DNA from: a virus
Length of the DNA stretch: 59,290 nucleotides
Virus record (IMG/VR): IMGVR_UViG_3300029721_000003
Direction: 5' to 3' (one strand)
The position numbers were made by a program, and so were the translations under genes. The notes under the pieces were generated by a model. That model had not been told where the DNA came from. It searched no databases and saw only the letters and a program-made list of their open reading frames with translations. Positions 55,285 to 59,290 of the stretch are shown here, piece by piece; position 1 is the first letter of the stretch; each line of letters starts with the position of its first letter.

Positions 55285-55428
55285 CTATAAGCTAGTGCAT
55301 TTCTTATACTTTGCTAACTCCTCTTCAAGCTCACGGATTTTATTCACCGCTTCATCATATGATTTAACCATTTTGTCATATTGCCATTCTGGAATCATAA
55401 TTGATTTGAAACTCATTGGTGCTGTCAT
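55285..55428 (-). CDS. Small hypothetical protein (47 aa)
   Basis: MTAPMSFKSIMIPEWQYDKMVKSYDEAVNKIRELEEELAKYKKCTSL; GGAGG RBS. Confidence 0.5.
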   Translation of the reverse strand: MTAPMSFKSIMIPEWQYDKMVKSYDEAVNKIRELEEELAKYKKCTSL

Positions 55429-55646
55429 AATATTTCCTCCTGTGAATAAAGCTGTAATACAGAGATTGTTTCATCTTTTGTATAATCGCTATCTATTTTT
55501 TATCGTGCTTTTGGTTATTTTATTTGTATTTTATTTTTTGTTACAATCTCTATATTGTCTGCTTGCAATCCCATTAGAAACATAGTAATATATTTATGTT
55601 CCCTGTGGAATTGGCAAGAGTAGTTGTTTATCGTGCTTGGTTACAA

Positions 55647-55820
55647 CTACTCTTTTTCTTTAGCTAAAAGCAGATGTATTCCTCTTCTGATAGCTTCACC
55701 TTTTGTGATATCGTGCTGTTCACAATAGATTTTCAGCTTTCTTTCTGTTTCTTCATCAAGTCTGATACTAAATCTACTTGACTTCGGATTATCAGCTTTA
55801 GGTCTGCCTGCTGGTGACAT
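55647..55820 (-). CDS. Ribbon-helix-helix (CopG/MobC-like) protein, copy 2
   Basis: MSPAGRPKADNPKSSRFSIRLDEETERKLKIY...; paralogue of 26575-26748. Confidence 0.6.
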   Translation of the reverse strand: MSPAGRPKADNPKSSRFSIRLDEETERKLKIYCEQHDITKGEAIRRGIHLLLAKEKE

Positions 55821-55970
55821 AAACATCACTTCCTTTCTTGTCACACCTTTATTATATTTATGTCACACCTTATTGTCAAGCATTATTTTAAAATATTTTT
55901 TCACTAGCCAATATTCAGTTATCAATGTGCAAAAACAGGCTATGAATATTGCTACCCATAGCCTTTAGAA

Positions 55971-56585
55971 TCATATCTTAGATACAAGAGTACTTAACTT
56001 TGTTCTAAGTAAGTTCTTCTCCTCTGCCGACATATCAGTCACCATACCTGTGATATCGCTTGCGAGTTCCTTAGTGTAGCTGTCAAGTGACTTCATCTTG
56101 TGTTCCTTATCTTCTGGTGTATTATTCTTATGCATTTCCTTAGTCTCTGTGTAGTTTCTCTTTGCCCTGTCATAGCCGCTTTCGTTCATTGGCTCTGTAT
56201 AGTACATCTTGCCATAATCCCTATCCATATCCCTCATACGCTCTACTTCTGGGTACATGTGCATATAAGGTGGCTCTTCATATCCTCTGCGGTATGTTCC
56301 TTTGCCTTTTGGGGCAAATCTGCCATTTGCATAGCGGTAGTGGTCGTAGTATCTTCTGTCTGGATAATCTTCGTACTGTTCAAGCATACGCATAATGTCT
56401 TCGTTATCTTCTGACTTTTCCATAGCTTCAACAATTCTGTAATCTTTGTCAAAACAAGCTATGTTCTTCGCTATTTCTGTAAAGTCCTTTAAATCGTCAA
56501 GGTTTTGTCCTTCAAAATTGTCAATCCCAATTCCGTCAACTTTAGCCTTGACACATTCCATAATCTGTTTAGCCCATTTATGCAT
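55971..56585 (-). CDS. Hypothetical Tyr/Arg/Asp/Met-rich protein
   Basis: 204-aa ORF; ...RRYYDHYRYANGRFAPKGKGTYRRGYEEPPYMHMYPEVERMRDMDRDYGKMYY. Confidence 0.5.
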   Translation of the reverse strand: MHKWAKQIMECVKAKVDGIGIDNFEGQNLDDLKDFTEIAKNIACFDKDYRIVEAMEKSEDNEDIMRMLEQYEDYPDRRYYDHYRYANGRFAPKGKGTYRRGYEEPPYMHMYPEVERMRDMDRDYGKMYYTEPMNESGYDRAKRNYTETKEMHKNNTPEDKEHKMKSLDSYTKELASDITGMVTDMSAEEKNLLRTKLSTLVSKI

Positions 56586-56589
56586 AATA

Positions 56590-57009
56590 TCAAGCCTCCC
56601 TTACTGCAATCAAATTACTGTTCTGTACTTCAATAGCCTGTGCTGATGTATTCTGCACCGCTACAGTACTGCAACAGCCACAAGGTACATCAACATATGC
56701 CTGTGCTGATACATTAAATAAATTTTCAACTGCGGCTGGTGTTACAATCATTCGTGTTGACTGTAAAGGCTCTCCGTCTACTGCAATGGCAAGTGAAATA
56801 GCTTCAACTGTACCGCCTGTAGGTATCTGAATGTTGCCAGAATACGATATTAAAAATCTAGCCTTGCACTGATTTGTGATACCTCTTAACTTGACAATTC
56901 CACTTCCCTGTCTGTGGACTATACATTTGCTACCGCATACTGGTGTTTCTGTAAATGCAATATCTTCTCCGGCGGCAACTGTTTGTAACGCAATTCCTGT
57001 TATTTCCAT
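56590..57009 (-). CDS. Beta-rich protein resembling BclA-C-terminal / C1q-like jelly-roll domains
   Basis: 139 aa; ...QTVAAGEDIAFTE...GSGIVKLRG...ARFLISYSGNIQIP...LAIAVDGEPLQST... pattern; tentative. Confidence 0.35.
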   Translation of the reverse strand: MEITGIALQTVAAGEDIAFTETPVCGSKCIVHRQGSGIVKLRGITNQCKARFLISYSGNIQIPTGGTVEAISLAIAVDGEPLQSTRMIVTPAAVENLFNVSAQAYVDVPCGCCSTVAVQNTSAQAIEVQNSNLIAVREA

Positions 57010-57202
57010 TATATTTACCTCTCTTTCATAAAAATAAGGGCAAACATTATAGTCTGCCCTTTGATTATAAGTAATACTGCTTAGCAGACATAATCTCCCG
57101 AGTTTTCTTTCGAGTTAAACTCGATACTTAACTCGATTAAACCGATTAAAACCAAGAATTAAACCGAGCAAATTTGATTAAGATACTTGATTATTTAATT
57201 GT

Positions 57203-57991
57203 TTAGCAGCCGCATCCTGTATTGCAACCACATCCATAAGCATAAGCATTAGGATTAGGCACAACATAGGCTGGAATAGCTGTAGGATTTACAGAGTTGA
57301 CAATCTGCTGTGTCTGCGCTGTCATTGCAGTAGTCAGAAGTGCATTCTGTCTATCCTGTGAAGCAGAAAGTTCAAGTCTCTGCACCTTATCTCTCAAATC
57401 CGCATTTTCCTTTGCGCATAAGTAATCAAGAATAGCTCTCGTTCCTGCCTGTTGGCTGTCAATAATATCTCTTGTATTATTGTTCATTGTGTTCTGTAAA
57501 GCACAAGTGTTAGTAGCCATGTTGTAGTTTACACCCTGAATGGCTTCTCTTGTCTCACAGCAGCAGTTAGCAAGCTGTGACTGTAATGCGTTTGTATTCT
57601 GCATATTAGCGACTGTATCAGCGTTAATAGCCTGCTGTATGCCGTAGCCTGTCTGCATGATATTTGTGTTAATGCCATTAAAGCCAGTAAGCATACTGTT
57701 GTTCATAGCGTAGAAGCCGTCACAAAGTCCGTTGGAAATGCCATCTAACTTGCTAATAACTGCTGAATTATCAAATCCGCGTTGAATGTCCGCCTGCGTA
57801 GCAGCTGTCGCAACATAGCCACCGCCATTGTTACCGCCAAAGCTGCCAAATCCACCATTGCCCCATCCAAAGAGTAATGCGAATACAACGATTATCCAAA
57901 GCCATCCACCATCAGCCCATCCGCCGTTATTGCCGTTGCCGTCAATGTTTGCGACTAATGGTACGCTGGCACAATTTGAGTTTGAAAACAT
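57203..57991 (-). CDS. Gly/Asn-rich membrane protein with Cys-rich C-terminus
   Basis: AGGAGG RBS before the ATG at 57991; GNGNNGGWADGGWLWIIVVFALLFGWGNGGFGSFGGNNGGG TM/Gly region; Asn/Gln/Thr-rich body with CCC; ends YGCGCNTGCGC. Confidence 0.55.
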   Translation of the reverse strand: MFSNSNCASVPLVANIDGNGNNGGWADGGWLWIIVVFALLFGWGNGGFGSFGGNNGGGYVATAATQADIQRGFDNSAVISKLDGISNGLCDGFYAMNNSMLTGFNGINTNIMQTGYGIQQAINADTVANMQNTNALQSQLANCCCETREAIQGVNYNMATNTCALQNTMNNNTRDIIDSQQAGTRAILDYLCAKENADLRDKVQRLELSASQDRQNALLTTAMTAQTQQIVNSVNPTAIPAYVVPNPNAYAYGCGCNTGCGC

Positions 57992-58061
57992 ATTGTTACC
58001 TCCTAAAAATATATTCATAAAGATGTCACCTAGGTAGTTTGCAAAGACATCTAATATGCTG

Positions 58062-58292
58062 CTAATTACCAAATCTACTTTTTATCTGATTAAATACATC
58101 ATCTGCATTTAATCCCTTTTCTTTGCATAAATTTCTAGCCATCTGCTCTATTCCTTGCATATTGCCCTGCTGTGCCATCTGCATAGTGTTTTTCATCATA
58201 GGATTGCTCATAATCTGATTATTTCCCATCATTTGCTGTATAAACTGTTGCGGACCAGCTTTCATCATCTGAAAAATGTTAATTGGGTTCAT
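58062..58292 (-). CDS. Met/Gln/Asn-rich small protein
   Basis: 76 aa, MNPINIFQMMKAGPQQFIQQMMGNNQIMSNPMMKNTMQMAQQGNMQG... Confidence 0.5.
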   Translation of the reverse strand: MNPINIFQMMKAGPQQFIQQMMGNNQIMSNPMMKNTMQMAQQGNMQGIEQMARNLCKEKGLNADDVFNQIKSRFGN

Positions 58293-58837
58293 TCTTCATC
58301 ACCGCCTTTGCTTTGTGTTCGTGAAGTTTTTCTTTGTGTTCCTAAAGATTTATCAAATCTATCTTCTAACTGTCCTATTTTCTCTGATAACTCTTCAAAC
58401 TTATTTAAGAATAGCTGTGTGCTTTCATCTGATAGGGTAAATTTAGCATTTTCTGCATCAGGCATAGAATTTACTGTCTGATTATCTTTAGGGTCTGTAT
58501 AAGGCTTATACACAATCGTTCTAATTGTTCCGTCAGCATTCCAACCCTTGACATAAATCTTCGACATATCCTGCTTCGGGAAAAATGCCATTGAGCCATC
58601 CATAGGCACTTCATTTGCATTAATATTTTCAACCGCCTGTACTATTCTTCCGTTAATGCCTGCTATCTGCTGTGGCATAGGTTGTTGATTTGCTAAGGAC
58701 ATTTGTGTCCCTGCCACTGGCTGTTGTAAGCTCTGCTGATAATTTTGCAAAAAGTTCATTCTATCCGCATATGGATTCTGCATAGACATATAATTATTAT
58801 TCATCATAGGTGTTGTCTGATAAGGATTGTTTATCAT
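58289..58837 (-). CDS. Protein with Gln/Asn-rich N-terminus and folded C-terminal domain
   Basis: 182 aa; GGAGGAGG RBS; MINNPYQTTPMMNNNYMSMQNPYADRMNFLQNYQQSLQQP... Confidence 0.55.
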   Translation of the reverse strand: MINNPYQTTPMMNNNYMSMQNPYADRMNFLQNYQQSLQQPVAGTQMSLANQQPMPQQIAGINGRIVQAVENINANEVPMDGSMAFFPKQDMSKIYVKGWNADGTIRTIVYKPYTDPKDNQTVNSMPDAENAKFTLSDESTQLFLNKFEELSEKIGQLEDRFDKSLGTQRKTSRTQSKGGDEE

Positions 58838-58955
58838 CGTCTACCTCCTCCAAGACTTCTTCAATTGCGTGGATAACAAGAGATAATGTTACTAAGTCAA
58901 GTTTCTGCAATTCTTCTTTGCTCAAGATTTTTTCTCTAACTTCATCAGAAAACAT
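58797..58955 (-). CDS. Possible small acidic protein (52 aa)
   Basis: MFSDEVREKILSKEELQKLDLVTLSLVIHAIEEVLEEVDDDKQ...; AGAGAGG RBS; overlaps the next gene by 41 nt. Confidence 0.3.
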   Translation of the reverse strand: MFSDEVREKILSKEELQKLDLVTLSLVIHAIEEVLEEVDDDKQSLSDNTYDE

Positions 58956-59044
58956 TTGCACTACCTCTCTTTCTTAACTTAATTTTGACATAAAAAAAGA
59001 CGGACTAACCGCCATATAAAAGCCAGTTATCCGCCAAAAATAAG

Positions 59045-59070
59045 CAAAAAAATAACGCCATTACGGCGTT
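59045..59070 (-). terminator. Rho-independent terminator (minus strand)
   Basis: Stem AACGCC/GGCGTT (59054-59070) followed on the minus strand by a T-run (A-run 59046-59052 on plus). Confidence 0.5.
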
Positions 59071-59083
59071 TGCTAAACTTCTA

Positions 59084-59102
59084 TGATTACTTTCTTGATT
59101 AC
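59084..59102. repeat. Second pair of TGATTAC repeats flanking the attP core
   Basis: TGATTAC at 59084-59090 and 59096-59102, the same heptamer as at 82-97. Confidence 0.4.
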
Positions 59103-59191
59103 CTCTTTATTTCCTTACAAAAAGACGATGTTCAAAAAATCTCCTTTCATTCAGTGTTTATGCGGGTTTGCAGTGTTTCTTCTCCTTGAAA

Positions 59192-59290
59192 AAATAGCAG
59201 GGGATGAGAGAATCGAACTGCATTGACTACTTCCTTATTCCGCTCTATTACTGGGCTTCTGGCTTTGCGCCTTGATTACTTTGATTACTT
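59192..59290. repeat. Terminal direct repeat, right copy
   Basis: Identical to 1-99. Confidence 0.95.

Noticed and set aside
55295-55585. 96-aa plus-strand ORF
   Set aside because: It has a hydrophobic low-complexity translation and no RBS. The opposite strand carries a 47-aa ORF with a GGAGG RBS in operon context.

Overview
The first 99 bp recur at the end, so this window is one closed circular genome of 59,191 unique bp. It is an AT-rich temperate siphovirus-type phage of a low-GC Gram-positive, probably spore-forming Clostridia-like, host. Nearly all genes are on the minus strand. In order: integrase and attP (left end/junction); a replication-recombination module (replisome organizer, G39P-like loader, two SSB-type proteins, RecT, Rad50/SbcC-like ATPase, YopX, GIY-YIG nuclease); Spo0A-C-like and SleB-like genes; an immunity switch with an XRE repressor on the plus strand; endolysin; tail fibre, tail and tape-measure genes; head, portal and large-terminase genes; a block of small early-type genes with a second initiator and iterons; a 0.9-kb RNA-gene region; MazG and DUF3310; a TerS-like gene; and a roughly 10-kb accessory arm. 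Main observations: (1) the major capsid gene is interrupted by a group I intron (P, Q, R and S elements readable) carrying a homing-endonuclease ORF, and an in-frame splice model can be derived; (2) a 4-nt repeat splits a PAPS-reductase-like gene in a way that one extra unit would repair; (3) two covarying tRNA-like minihelices sit just 3' of the two plus-strand cargo genes; (4) an ORF-free 0.9-kb region holds tRNA-Gln plus three aberrant tRNA-like RNAs and other structured sequence; (5) a solitary Cas5-like protein lies next to a 0.65-kb noncoding stretch; (6) an MBL-fold gene is frameshifted inside its HxHxDH motif, next to a Pol-beta nucleotidyltransferase. Further observations cover a moron island inside the tail module, split lysis genes and duplicated RHH-antirepressor modules. 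All functional calls rest on motif recognition by eye; no database search was run.
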